DNA from: Epiperipatus broadwayi
Taxonomy: Eukaryota > Animalia > Onychophora
Direction: 5' to 3'
Assembly (NCBI GenBank): GCA_028023455.1
Contig: JAQFVV010000003.1
Location: 18,166,001 to 18,230,000 of the forward strand
Length of the DNA stretch: 64,000 bases
The translations under genes and the position numbers were made by a program. Below are positions 23,061 to 35,780 of the stretch, in pieces. Within the stretch, counting starts at the first letter, position 1; each line of letters opens with the position of its first letter. The notes beneath the pieces were generated by a model that saw only the letters and a program-made list of their open reading frames with translations, was not told where the DNA came from and did no database searches.

Positions 23061-26048
23061 GTTTATAGGACTTTCTGGAGAAATACTATCCATATAATCA
23101 CCAGAAGCCAATGCTGTCCATTTGATGTTAATAATCATTCTAAAGATTATTTATTGGATCCTTCATAGTAATTCAGAGACTATTTTCAAAGAAATGGCAA
23201 ATACCTGAAGTAATTTTGACAATAATCAAAATTGTTTTATCTATATGTAATTTTATGAAGTTATGATAATTCACAATTCTACCATTGACTGTTTTATCTA
23301 CTATAGATTCAACATTCATGGAAATGTGTTGATATCCCTTAATAATGAAGTTTATATCAAATTATAAGTAGCTGACTCATATTACTTAAACTTGTTCTAG
23401 CTTTCTTGTTAAGAATAGTTATATAATCTATTTATTGAATAATATTGGATTATTAGCTATTATTATTTAGAGTATAAAGATTTCATGTTAATTTGCTTTG
23501 GTTAGATGAGTGTTGATACATTTATTATAAAAACTATATCACCGTAACATGATACTGCCTCGTCCACTGTTGTGTCACACTGCTTCAAATGCCTAGACTA
23601 GGGGTTATCAATCATTTTTTTATCTACAGATCTATATTTGTACTTTTATTAGCAGTAAATTTTCCTATTGCCCACCGATATCCGAATAACTTAGTGCTTT
23701 ATTTGATAACATTTTGTGGCACAATAAATACATCAGAAGCTGTTTATTTGTTACAAATTTGATAAAACTTCTTTTCAAGTATGCCGGTAAATGGCCACAA
23801 ATGTATTTGTTTTTGTTTTTTTTGAGATATGGTTAAAATCGGTTAAAAATGTATAACTTTTTACAAACAGATTTAAGATCAGATTTATTTAATTAATCTC
23901 AAATACTCATGGACCACTATAGATAAATTGTTTGACTATTGTTATTAGTCAGGCATATAAAGCCATCAAACTTATTGGTTGTTTTTTTATATTGCCAATC
24001 AAAAGCATCTCTGCATAAAAATTTAAACATTTGTTGTGCATCTATAATAATCTGTTGTTTTTCTTTTAACATCTGGAAAATACTCAGCATCCCTCTGAAA
24101 GCTTTAAATGCCCACTAAGTGGGCAGTGAGAACCAGGCTGTCTACCTGGCTCCAGCCTTGGTTTTTTGTGTTTAGCTGAATTTTCTGAAAATTAACTATC
24201 TAAAAAACATTTAATCTCAAATCAGGGTTGAATCCCAGATCATGTTTATGTCAGGTAATATACTAACTATCATATCCCAAGTCTATTCATTAACCACTTC
24301 AGGATAGAGGAGGGTTTGTTAACTTTACACATGTATTGTTTTACATTTGGGTCTATTGAATTTTTCTGATATCTTTGAAAAAGATTACTTATTAAGAAAA
24401 AGTATGAAGATCGTAGATTTAAGATATTATAGTTATCTGATTTTGCCTTGGTTAAATAGGATAATTTATAATATATAATGTTAGCAATTATTTATGATTT
24501 GATAACAAATTTGTCATCATTATAGTATTAATGTAAATTGGGCAGCTGTTATATTTACATCAATTGTTGGTGGTACTTCAAGGCAATTACCAAAGAAAGT
24601 TATGCAAGAAAACATGATTAATTTCATGCAGTATGGTAGCCGAAATTAAAAAAAAAAAATATAAAGCAATTGGAGTTGATGTTTCTTCAAATTTCTATAT
24701 TTCCATTATTATAAGATCATTTTTCAAATTAAAGACTAAATAATTGGTAATTATTTGCTTTTGGTTTTTTTATAAACTAAAAATTACAAAATTGAGTTCT
24801 CTTCATCTTGATAATGAAAGTGTTCATTAAAGTTGATGATATAACTCTGAATATAAGATATTAGAATAAGTTAAATTGAAGAGAGGCAGGCAATAAAAAT
24901 TGCCATCAGTAGTGATTAAATTATTACCATCATAACCCCCTATTGCCTAAATTTTGCCTTCATGCAAAAGCTGGCATATATTCAGTTTTTAGTAACAAAT
25001 TCAACATATATAAATGTAATAAAGGCCTCAGGGAACAATGGTGGCATATCTATATGACATGAGCTGAATTCAAATACGAGCTAGGTCGATTTGATTTTTT
25101 TTCAATAGTTATGATTTTTCTTTTAAGTAGATAGCCCATAGATAGTTAACTTTCAATATTTTGAACTTTTCACTTGTCATAAAGGATCAAACTAATTTGA
25201 AATATATTGTTTGATCCATTTTAATGACTAAAAATAAAATTACTTAAATAGTCTCTTCATCTTGATGGTGAAAAAGTCATTAAAATTATTGATGTAACTT
25301 ATATATGATGTGAAAGGGTTGGGAGTTAATAGCAACTTAACTAAATCTGCATTTATGAAAAAGACTTAACATAATTCAGTTTTTAATTATAATTAAATAT
25401 ATTAAGAGTCTTATGGTGTAATGGCAGCTTATCAATCTAGCATGAATATTATCTGGATTTGAATCCAGTATGAGAAAATTTGATTTTTTTTTTAGTAAAT
25501 TTACAAATTTTTTTATTTCAAGTATGTACAGTATATCATAACTAATCCAATTAACTATATTGCTAGATATACAGTATATGGATTTAATTATTAGCTTGAA
25601 GATAAAAAAAAAAAGGATGAAAAATCTTTCATCTTTACCAATTGGAAAATCTTGATAAACACTGCCTTCTTCACTATTCCTCTATGAGGAGCTATTGGAG
25701 AGATCCTTGCTTTGCAATTACCTTTTGTGTGTGCATTTATATATTTAACGTATATATACATAATATTTCATTCTCTATATTGAGCTTCTTTTAGTGTTTT
25801 TAATAACAAAATGTCTTCTGCCTGAAGTAGTTGCCTAGTTACAAAATTTACTTATTCTTTGAAAAATAAGATTTTTGTTAAAATTTCAATTTAATAAAAA
25901 GTCAGGTTATTAAATGTTATATAAGAACAACTTTTGAATGCTTTTCAGCTATAAGAAATTCAATCAAATATGCAGAATTAAATCATACAACTTAAAATTA
26001 AATCTTACCTTATTCATGGATGAATTGTCTATATATATATACACATAC

Positions 26049-26072
26049 GTGTGTGTGTGTGTGTGTGTGTGT
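26049..26072 (+). repeat. (GT)n microsatellite
   Basis: 12 GT units. Confidence 0.9.
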
Positions 26073-26140
26073 GGATGGTGTAGTGATTAATGTATGTTTA
26101 TTGTATTCACAATATAACCTAGGTTTTAAATCTAGGTGGA
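26073..26140 (+). repeat. Degenerate tRNA-derived SINE head (similar relics near 12470, 24220 minus, 25410, 26490, 30780, 41590)
   Basis: gtgtagtgattaat...acctaggttttaaatctag loosely matches the A-box/B-box spacing of a tRNA; too decayed to be a tRNA gene. Confidence 0.3.
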
Positions 26141-27261
26141 ACTAATACATTATTTCAGAATTAGAACTTCTAAGCAACCTGAGAATATTTTTAGATACCA
26201 GGACCAGCTGCCAGTAAATGGATATTTATTTTTAGTTAAAACAATGGAAGTAAACTATTAAAAAAAAAAAAAAAAACATCACTAAAATTTACTCTCAAAC
26301 TAAGTAAATGTGAAAATTTTTTCTTCAAGTTTTATATTAGTTTTTTTTTTTAAAAATCTATTCTTAACTAGAGAGAAAAATAAGAGTGGAAATTTGAAGA
26401 ATTTGATGGGTTTCTTTTATAAATTGGTTATCAGAAAGAGCCTGTGCATCTTAATTTAAAGCCTATTTATATAAGAGAGAAAGCCTTCATAGTATAATGG
26501 TTGGATAATTAGCCATCCACATCCATGATTTGAGATTAAAATCTAGAACCATAGAAATTTTCAATTGGCTGAAAAATTCTTAAGCAAAGTCAGAATTTTT
26601 TTCAAATAGTCATCCAATATTTATCAGTAAATGAATACATTTTCAGCTGGAACTATAATAAACCTAATCTATTTTCCAAATGAATTTTTGTCTTGTTTTA
26701 AGAAACATAAAGTTTGAAAGGGGAATAATACAAAGAATATAAGACATTATATCTATACTTGTCAAATCAATCAAATAAATGTTGTTGTTTGTTTTTTTTT
26801 GTAATTTTTGAACTTTTTTGTTTTTCTTAACATTGTTCATAAAATATTTTTATCTATTTTTTTTTTCTATCTTTTTAACTTGTGCCTTTGAACTACCTGG
26901 ATTTGTTTTTATTTAATGTTATATTTGGCTTTTTGTATAATATAATAGCTTTTATATTTTTTCACAAATTTCTGGATAAATGGTATTCTTCCAGCATTTC
27001 ACATAGCTCATTTGCAATCTTAAACGATGAAATGATATCATATATTTCCAAAAAGTCTTTTAAATGTTTTTAGCAGCCTTTATTTTTTAATTTATTTGCA
27101 TGCATTTGAATAGAATCAACAGCATGTAAAAAGGACTATGATTATGGAGCTGTAGGTGCTCTGAAAGCGCTAAGTCCATAAATAGAGGCTCACTAATAAC
27201 AAACTTAGAGCTTCACCTCAGCTATTAATCTTAGCTTAACAGTAATTAACACATTATTGAA

Positions 27262-30195
27262 AAAAGATACAGAGGGGGCAGGACTGTTTGGTTCTGTTCT
27301 TTTTTGAGCTGATGAAATATTAGTCTTTATCAAAATATTTGTTTTCTTTTATTAAAAACCTCAGGGTTTTATTCTTTAAACACTGTTCTTCCTTTCATAT
27401 GAAGGATGAATTTTGTTGACGCAGTTAACCAAGGAATTGAAAGAGATTCAAGTTCTAATATAGAGAATATAGAGAGAAACAGGGAGGATATTTGTAACTA
27501 AGAAATTAAAAAAATTCCAAGAAAAAAAAAGAATTATCTGTAAAATCAATGATTTCCATGAATAAAAGATTTGATATATCCATAGACCAACCTTCCACCA
27601 ACTTAGTTCTCCAGGCTTTCAATGATCCTCCTAAAATTTTGGACTCCAGAGAGATCGTTAGTGATGAAAACATCTGTTCAAGCAAAAATTATAGCTGAAT
27701 AATGCTATAATACAGGAAAGGGCTCAAGATAACATTGAAAAAGCAATGAAAAACATTGTAAGTTACATTGAGAATGAAGATATGAATGAAAAATCACTTC
27801 AAAAGGACAAAATTTCATCTGATAGAAGCAAACCAACCAGTCTGTAACACAGAGAAGAGGGCCTGAAGATAGAGCATTTTCCTGCTTTATTTTCTGAAAG
27901 TAAGAAAAACCTTAATATCTTTTTAACAAAAGATAACCCTACTAATCCTATAAAAGATATATATATATATAATTTTAATGCTATTTCTGATGATAACTCT
28001 TAATAAGTCCACACCCTTTGTCACTCAGAGTCTTCATCAAAATATAGATGACAACAAAATATTATATGCTAAAATTTTACAAAATTTTAATAACAAGAGC
28101 AACTCTATTTCTTGTTATGATTCACAAAATATACCTGATCTTTTCAATATGCTGGAGGATGACTGTCCAGTCACTGCTCAAAATGGGGTGCATGTTATGG
28201 ACATATCTCTTCCAAGTCTGGATCAAATGGAATTAACTAACATTATAAATGATTTCAATTCTACTATTCCTCAGCAATTAAATCGATCTTTTCTAAATTA
28301 TGTGAATGAAAAAACTCTAATTTTTGCTATCACTAACCAAAATAAAAACTTATTTACATTTTCAATTGATAAATTCTGTAGCCAAATCACAGCAAAAAAA
28401 TTATGGATTCATATCTACAAAATACTAAATCATCCAAACAACCGATATGTAATTGTGGAATGCCACGATCCCACTCAAAAGAAAATATTCCAAGAGGCTA
28501 TGAAATTTGTTGATAACAAAATTTTATGTACAATTGACATGAATAGGCTGTTGATATTAACTGGCCATATTCGAAATTGAAATCAGAGTTTTAATCAATT
28601 TGATCTTCAAAAAATTTTCAGACCCTATGGAGTAATATCAAACTTTAAGTATGTCCTTGAGAAAAGGGCGAACATTCCTGTACTCACAAATTCTGCACTC
28701 TTTTCAATTACCCTCAATAAGGGAGTATCACCTACAGACATTCCCATGAGCCACTGCGTGGCCCCTCTAATAATATCTTTTCAGGGTGTACCACCGCAGT
28801 GCTTCCACTGCAGGTTGAGGGCTCATCTTGTCAGGGATTGTCCCTCGAGGATATGTCCGAATTATAAGCTTAGGAAGACTAAATTATATAACTGTATTTC
28901 TGGGTCTACACAAGAAAAGCAACAATTTATATCAAATCAAAAAGAAAGTAAACAGTCACAACCAATTAAACTGGAGTTATCACAGCCTTCAGAACAAATG
29001 ATTCACATGATTCTACAGTTATTGGAGAAAACTCCCTGGGCAGCTATGAATTCTGGCACAGACTCAGATTCTGATATGATGTTAATGGAGTCTGCAGTTA
29101 TGACTATTGACAAAAGTAAGAGAAAGGTCTGCAATCAAAAAATGGATGCCAGCAACTCCTTTTGCAACTCAATAGTTCAAAAGATAGGAAAATCGAGTGA
29201 CAGTTTCTCAGATGCTGATTCACTGGACAGAAATAAAAAAGGAAAGAAGTATAAGGTCAGCATCCATGATGAAGAGTCAATTGTGCTCCAGCATTTACCT
29301 GTCTCTGATAGTATGGAGGAGAATTCCACTCAGATGTTAATGTTAAAGAACAAGGAATTCATAGTTCAGACAATGATCCTTTTGGAAGTCCCTGAAACAA
29401 ATGAAAAACAAAGTGAGGGACATCTTCATGACAAGGATTTAGAACATAAGGAAGAAGAAATTGACAATTTGAATCTACAGCAGGACACTCTAGAAACCAC
29501 AGGTTCTGACGAGCTAGGCAAAACAGATTTCAGTGTTTACTTTGACCAAGATTGATACCTAGTGATCGATGATAAATATAAAGGTAGATGGGGGCAGAAC
29601 AGATTTGAAGTATGGTTGTCATCACTTCGGATACAAAAGATGATCACAGCGGAGTAGTTATCTAAGAATTTTAATCAAGGATAGGGTAATTATGGAAGGA
29701 ACGCTTCAGCATGCAATTTACCCTGAGAGGACTAAGTGGTCTACTGCCTCTCAGAGAAGTGGGCATTTCACTGACACCAGCCATAGGACATGTATGGACA
29801 GAGTTTTTTTATGGACTCTTACGGTTTGAACTTGCAAGTCTTTGAGAATTTCGGCCATTGGAATCCAGGTTTGAGCTAGAAATAACTTGCTTCCTGGGTT
29901 TTTGAGTGTATTGTGATGTGGGTCTAAGGTCAATAGTTAATAATTGAAATGAATTGGGGTGACTGATGAAAATTATTATTATTATTTGTCATTTGGTTGT
30001 AATTATGCTTACTAATATCATAAGTATATCATTGTAGATCACATCATGTGAGCATGTCAGTTTAAAAATTTATTCCGAGATAATGAAGTTCTATGGTATA
30101 AAATTATATGCATTGTGAATCATAGGATAAATTTAGTTTATCATTGTATGTAAACATGTAAATTCAAAGTCTAATAAACCTTTTTGAATTAAAAA
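27262..30195 (+). mobile_element. ORF1-only poly(A) retroelement (HAL1-like, Tx1/L1-type ORF1) or processed retrocopy
   Basis: 14-bp TSD AACACATTATTGAA at 27248-27261 and 30196-30209. AATAAA at 30173-30178 followed by an A tract. No endonuclease or RT motifs inside. Confidence 0.8.
27406..29555 (+). pseudogene. Gag-like ORF1 with CCHC zinc knuckle (L1/Tx1 ORF1, ZCCHC3-like)
   Basis: ORFs 27978-28580 and 28746-29555 are in one frame, separated only by the TGA at 28578-28580. Read-through gives ..KIFRPYGVI..TDIP..IISFQGVPPQCFHCRLRAHLVRDCP (CX2CX4HX4C). A candidate start MNFVDAV lies at 27406, with lesions between it and 27978. Confidence 0.75.
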
Positions 30196-31510
30196 AACAC
30201 ATTATTGAATCAGAAGTCAAGGATTATTTACCTGCTCTTAAAATAATTAATTGTTAATTATGTAGTAAATTATATTAATGTATATATGTTTTTTTCTTCT
30301 TTTTTTAAAGTTAAGTCGTTATTTTTTTTTAAAAAAAGAATATCTACCATTTGATCAAAAAATATCTTATTAATATAAGTGAGAGTTTGATAAATTATTC
30401 AAACATCTGAAAAAGTTTGTTTTAAAATTAGTCAAACCATATTTACTATTTCAAATATTGATTAATATATAATCTATTACTAATGAAAACTTTAAAAAAA
30501 TATTGCTGAAGAAAGTAATTATAGGGTGGCTCCTTAATTTTTCATGACTGCTAAGTTATGATTTAAGTAACAGTTTAGTTTAATGTTGAATACATTCATG
30601 TTAAAAATGTTAATAAATGTAATATAATAAAGAAATTAACATCCACATATTAAAAATAAATTTAGGAAAAAATACATGTCAGTAAATTAATAATTCTGCC
30701 TAATTGATATCAATCCTATGTTTCGGTTTTGACTTGTTTAGTTTGTCTAATTGTGCTTTACTTGTCTGGAAGCTTGTATGGTTTACAGTGGTAGCATCAT
30801 GAAACCATGAACTAAAGATTCTTGGATCAAAGCTCTATGCTATTTTGATGCTCAAGTGTCAAATTACCTCCCAAGCTACTAACCATATGATATTAGTAAC
30901 TGAAACATTTTAAAAAATTATAATTAATTTTATCATAGAATTAAAAGATAAACTTTAATTTCTAAGTTTTAGGAAAAAATTACTGTAAGTTAATGGACAA
31001 AAAAAATATTAAAACTAAAATGCATTTTACAATTAGGGGAAGGTTTTTTTTTCTCAGTAAATGTTTATTTTTTAAAATTATTATAAAGGTAAAAAGATAT
31101 AAAAATAACGGGAGAAAAAATGATTTAAACTAAAGAAAGAGGAAGGAGGTATTTTCTTAGTAAATATTTATTTTTTTTAATTATTATAAAGATGTAATAA
31201 TATAAAAATAAGCAGTTAATATACAAGATGTAAATGTCTATTTAATCTTTGTATTGAATATAAAAATATTTTTTTTAAATTATCAATAAAATATTTTTTA
31301 AAAGCTACTATAAGAATATTGTACCAGTTTAAAAATAAATTTAATATACAGAATCCAATAGCTATTAAATTAATGGTATTTAAATTTCAGTGTATGAGTA
31401 TTTTAAAATTACAGGAGCTTTATTATGAAGTTAAGAGGTGTAATGTTGAATTAATATAGCACAATCTTTTAATTTTTCCAAATGCTAATCCAGAACAATT
31501 AGGGAATTAA

Positions 31511-31928
31511 TCAGGCAAAACTCTCCATACAGTAGTACCACCCTGTGCCAACCAGAATAATCAATGGATGCCAGAAAGGCTTGTGCATAAAATCCCTATC
31601 TAATGCCTACTCATCCAATATCCCCAAACTAGCTTCTGGCTTGTGGCCTTCGTCAGTGAGGAGCCTTGGATCTGAGAGCACTGCACCTAGATCTTAGGAT
31701 AGTGCTCTCAAATCCAAGGCTCCTCACTGACAAAGGCCACAAGCCAGAAACTAGTTTGGGGATATTGGATGAGTAAGCACTAGATGGGGATTTTATGCAC
31801 AAACCTTCTGGCATCTATTGATTACTCTAGTTGGCACAGGTTGGCACTACTATATGGAGAGTTTTGCCTGTTTAGTAACAGTTACGTGCTAGCATAAGAG
31901 ATGGTGATCATGTGATGTTTAGTGGTTT
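31511..31928. mobile_element. Best-preserved family C foldback with two divergent hammerhead motifs, 3' tail and long TSD
   Basis: Arms 31512-31682 and 31701-31870; tail to 31928. TSD AACAATTAGGGAA[T/C]TAA at 31494-31510 and 31929-31945. Minus core 31622-31661 (CTGACGA..GAAG-ctag-TT); plus core 31722-31761 (CTGACAA..GAAA-ctag-TT). Confidence 0.85.
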
Positions 31929-34049
31929 AACAATTAGGGAACTAAGAAATGAGTTCAGTAGAACTGGACTTGTATTAGTGTGTGTTGGAAGTATAATATA
32001 CCAAATGTAGGTAAAATTCACATTTTTGAAGCTTACAATTATCTTTTTTTTATTTTTATCATTTAAGTCTCTCTTTCATATAGTTATATTCAAAACAAAA
32101 ATTCTAACTTTATTGCCATTAAATAGCCTACTAGTTTTAATTAGTAATTGCTTTGCCATTATTGTTTTTAATAGTTATAATGGTTTACCATCTAACTTTA
32201 TGTCTTTCATCTGACTGAATCTTGGAAATTTGCTTTGACAATTTCCAAGCAAACTAAAAAAATTTTCATATAGGTAGCCATTCCATAGCTGATCTAGCTA
32301 TCTATGCAATTATTGGTTGATATATAGATATCTAGCTATTTTTGACTATAAAAAAAAGAAAAACTGCAACAATTCTTACCAGCTAGCAATTAACTGGCCT
32401 AAAGTTTATTGTCATTTTTAATATTTTTTAGAATTTGAGGAATCATTTTCTCCACAGCAGATTATTTATGGTTGTTTTGCCTACATTTACTACATATATG
32501 TACATATGATGCCCTATTAAGTCTAGCATCATAAAGTTGATGTATGGTTTTATATGCTTGACATATCATAAAATATGTGATCTAAGAAGAGTGAATCCAA
32601 ACAAATAATTATTTGGATGGAAATTAGAGAGAAGTCAATGGAAATTTTAGAAGATTTGTGCAAACATTACAATCCTTGTAGATGCCACTTGATAACATCT
32701 AATTTGAGTAATGAGAATAAAGGTGAACAGATTGAGAATTTTCTGTAAATAAATGCTTTTTGTCTCATAATGTGGGATTTGCAAAATGTTTGTAGAGAAA
32801 TACGCTGGAAAAGAGATTTTATAAATTTTAAATAAATTACTTAAGTAGTCAAGCAGTAAAACCTTTGATCATTTTTAATAGTAGCTAGCTGTTATCTTCC
32901 TTCAGTTTAACACAGAATTATGATGTTTTATGTTTAATGTTCATTTTAAAATAATGATTTTATTAAAAACAATCTCAGCTTTAAGATAACTCAAATTTTG
33001 ATGGTTTGCAGACTTACAACATAAGTCTACTAAAAAGGTTCAAAACAACATGCAATTTTCTAAGACAAATTCTGTGATAATGGTGTAATGACAGCGTATA
33101 AATATTTCTGAGTTGATCCATCAGGTAAAAAAAATGTATACTGGAGAGATGGACTATTTTTTATGCCTTGAAGCAAATTTCACAGAAATTGACGTATCAA
33201 GGTAGTATTTGTTCCTGCCAAATGAAAGATATGCATGCAAGTTATATTTTAACAACTTGAAATAAATAGGCATTAGATGCTACAATCAAGAAATAACAAT
33301 TATCATTGCTCTTTGCTTGCCAGTTTTTATTACTCTCTCATTACAATTTATTCTAGATCTCACTTCTTAAAGCTACATCATAAACTTTAATAAACTCATT
33401 ATATCATTATTGTGCTTAGACATAATATAATTATTAACATGAAATCACATGTCTCCCGAATATGAATTTTTTATGTTTAGAATTTTATAATTAAAATTTT
33501 TTCTTTAAGTTTTTTTTAATGAATATTATAGTCTATCTTAGCGTTTCTCAAACTTTTTGCCGCACAACCCAATAGACTTCATTGAAATAGTTCTGCGACC
33601 CAAATATGTATTACAGAAATTACAATATAAAATAAAAGAGATATTACATCAGCACGGTATTCAATTTGATAATATTTATAATGAACAAATCATTTGTAAG
33701 TTAAAAGTTGAGTTAAAGTTAATCTATATATTTTTAATTTAAAAGCTTAACACATTTTGTTAATTACCAAAAAAAAAAAGGTTTTCTTTTCAAATAAGGT
33801 TTTATTTATATATGAAATACAAGCAAAAATTACAAAAATAAATTATACAGAATTTTATTTGTTACTTATGAAAAATTTAAAAAATAGTCTACTTTTGATT
33901 TCAATATTGTTTGAAGTTATTGTAAAAAATGTGTAAACTGCAGTAGTAACATATTTAAATAAAATTTGCTATTAAAATATTAATTTATTAATTTTAATTA
34001 TATTTATTACAAACATATTTAAATTATTAACATACAATGCAAAATAATT

Positions 34050-35765
34050 ATTTAATGGCCTTGTTGATGTTGCCTTTTTTCAATTAATTTATCAATTCTT
34101 GCTCCAATAGAATTAGTTAAAGCTAATCTCATTGTTGAAGTAACATGAGTCAGTTGCTAAACTTATTTTTCATAACAATCATTGTTGAAAATCCACTTTC
34201 AGCCAAATAAGTTGTTGCAAATGGAAGTAACAATTTTATAGCCTTTTCCTGAACTTCTAACCAAACTTTAGGCACATTCTTCTATTTTTCTTTAAACTTT
34301 AATTCTAAACTTTTGTCCACTGATAAATCTATTAATTTTTCTTCTGATAAATTTAAGTTATGTGAATGGTATTGTTGGAAAGGATCCAAGATCCACATAT
34401 TTTTGAAACAAATATCTTCTGTAGGTGGGAAGTATTGGAAAAACTTTTAATTTTAATAAATGCTTCTGAATGATTTTACTTATACTTGAAATTTCATCAT
34501 GTATTATCATTTTATCCTCAACCATTTGTAAAAACAAAGGAAACATGTCAAAACAATTTTTTCTAATTCTGTTAAACCAGAGTTCAGTTTTTTTTTAAAT
34601 AAATGCTTCCATTTTATTGTAACAAATAAAAAGATTTGTGTAACATCCTTGTAATGACAAAATTAAATCGTTTATTAATGAAAATATGTCATCTAAATAG
34701 ACAACTTTGGAAAACCACACATTACTTTTAAAATATTCACTGAATACTGTTGGCTTCTGATCATTAAGAAATATTTCAATTTCCACACGAATTTCAAATA
34801 ATCTATCAGAATTCTCCCTTTTGAAAGCCATCTTATGTGGGAATGTAATAATAAATTATTATGAGCTAAACCCATTTCATCGCACATTAATCGAAATAGA
34901 CGCGTGTTTAGTGCACTCTTTCTAATATAGTTCACTGTTTGTACACATTGATTTAAAATATCATGTAAATCTGCACACATATCTTTAGTAGTCAATTGTT
35001 CCCAATGAAGAAAACAATAGGTTATTATTAAATCTGGATGAGAAATTTCCTTTATGCATGTTACTAAACCCGTATGTTTTCCTGTCATTGCCACAGCCCC
35101 ATCAGTACAAATTCCTACGTATCTTTCCTAAGAAATGTTTTTTGTTTGGAAATTCAATTTCATTATCTTTAAAATTTCTTTTTTGTTGAAGATTCTACTT
35201 TTAAATAGTAATTTTTTCTGAATATCTTTACATGTAAGATCAATATATCTTATATAAACTAATATTATTGCATCATTAGAAATGTCTGCAGATTTTCTTC
35301 AATTAATTGAATTGAATAATACTTGGATTTTTTTATATTTTTTATTAATTGAGATTCAACATCATCACCAAATCAATTACTCACTGATTTATGGTGTCGT
35401 TTGACAAGAGAATGTTGATTATTTTTGATTCAATTTCATTGCCAAATAATTCTTTGCAAATATCTTTCATGCATGGCTTTAGTAGCATTTCCCCTATTGT
35501 ATATACTTTTTTGCATTTAGCAATGTGATAGGCTGCCAAATATGAACATTTTAAAAAGTTTTTTATCTGTAGAAACACATTTTGTTAAATTAGATCAATT
35601 TATTTTAAATTCATCTCATTTTCTTTTTAAAAAATCAATAGATTTATCTTTATATTGACTATGATTTGTTTCCAAATGCCTTAATAGTTTGTTACTCTTA
35701 AATGAAGAATTAGCCAAAGTAGATCCACAGACAACACATCGTGGTAGCTCTATTCCATTTTCATT
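34050..35765 (-). pseudogene. Buster-type transposase remnant (N-terminal part at ~38996-39170, beyond the RTE)
   Basis: PRCVVCGSTLANSSFKSNKLLRHLETNH (BED-like), SYLAAYHIAKCKKVYTIGEMLLKPC, AMTGKHTGL, CFLHWEQL, LLHSHIRWLSKG, KVVYLDDIFS, LLPFATTYLAESGFS. Confidence 0.9.
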
Positions 35766-35780
35766 TATATATATATTTTT

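Noticed and set aside
24215-26560. Functional tRNA genes
   Set aside because: Only decayed A/B-box-like words are present; no cloverleaf can be formed, so these are at most SINE relics.
28578-28580. Programmed readthrough or selenocysteine at the in-frame TGA in ORF1
   Set aside because: The upstream part of the ORF has other lesions, and a TGG to TGA mutation explains it. No SECIS was recognised.
27300-29990. Further CTGANGA words (27308, 27864, 29507, 29965; also 3992, 11931, 20262, 41383)
   Set aside because: No correctly spaced stem II plus GAAA plus UH plus stem I; expected by chance.
31622-31761. Trans-complementation of the two differently mutated family C ribozymes
   Set aside because: CUGANGA and GAAA lie on the same strand segment in a swapped dimer, so the two lesions cannot rescue each other. 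Independent decay is simpler.
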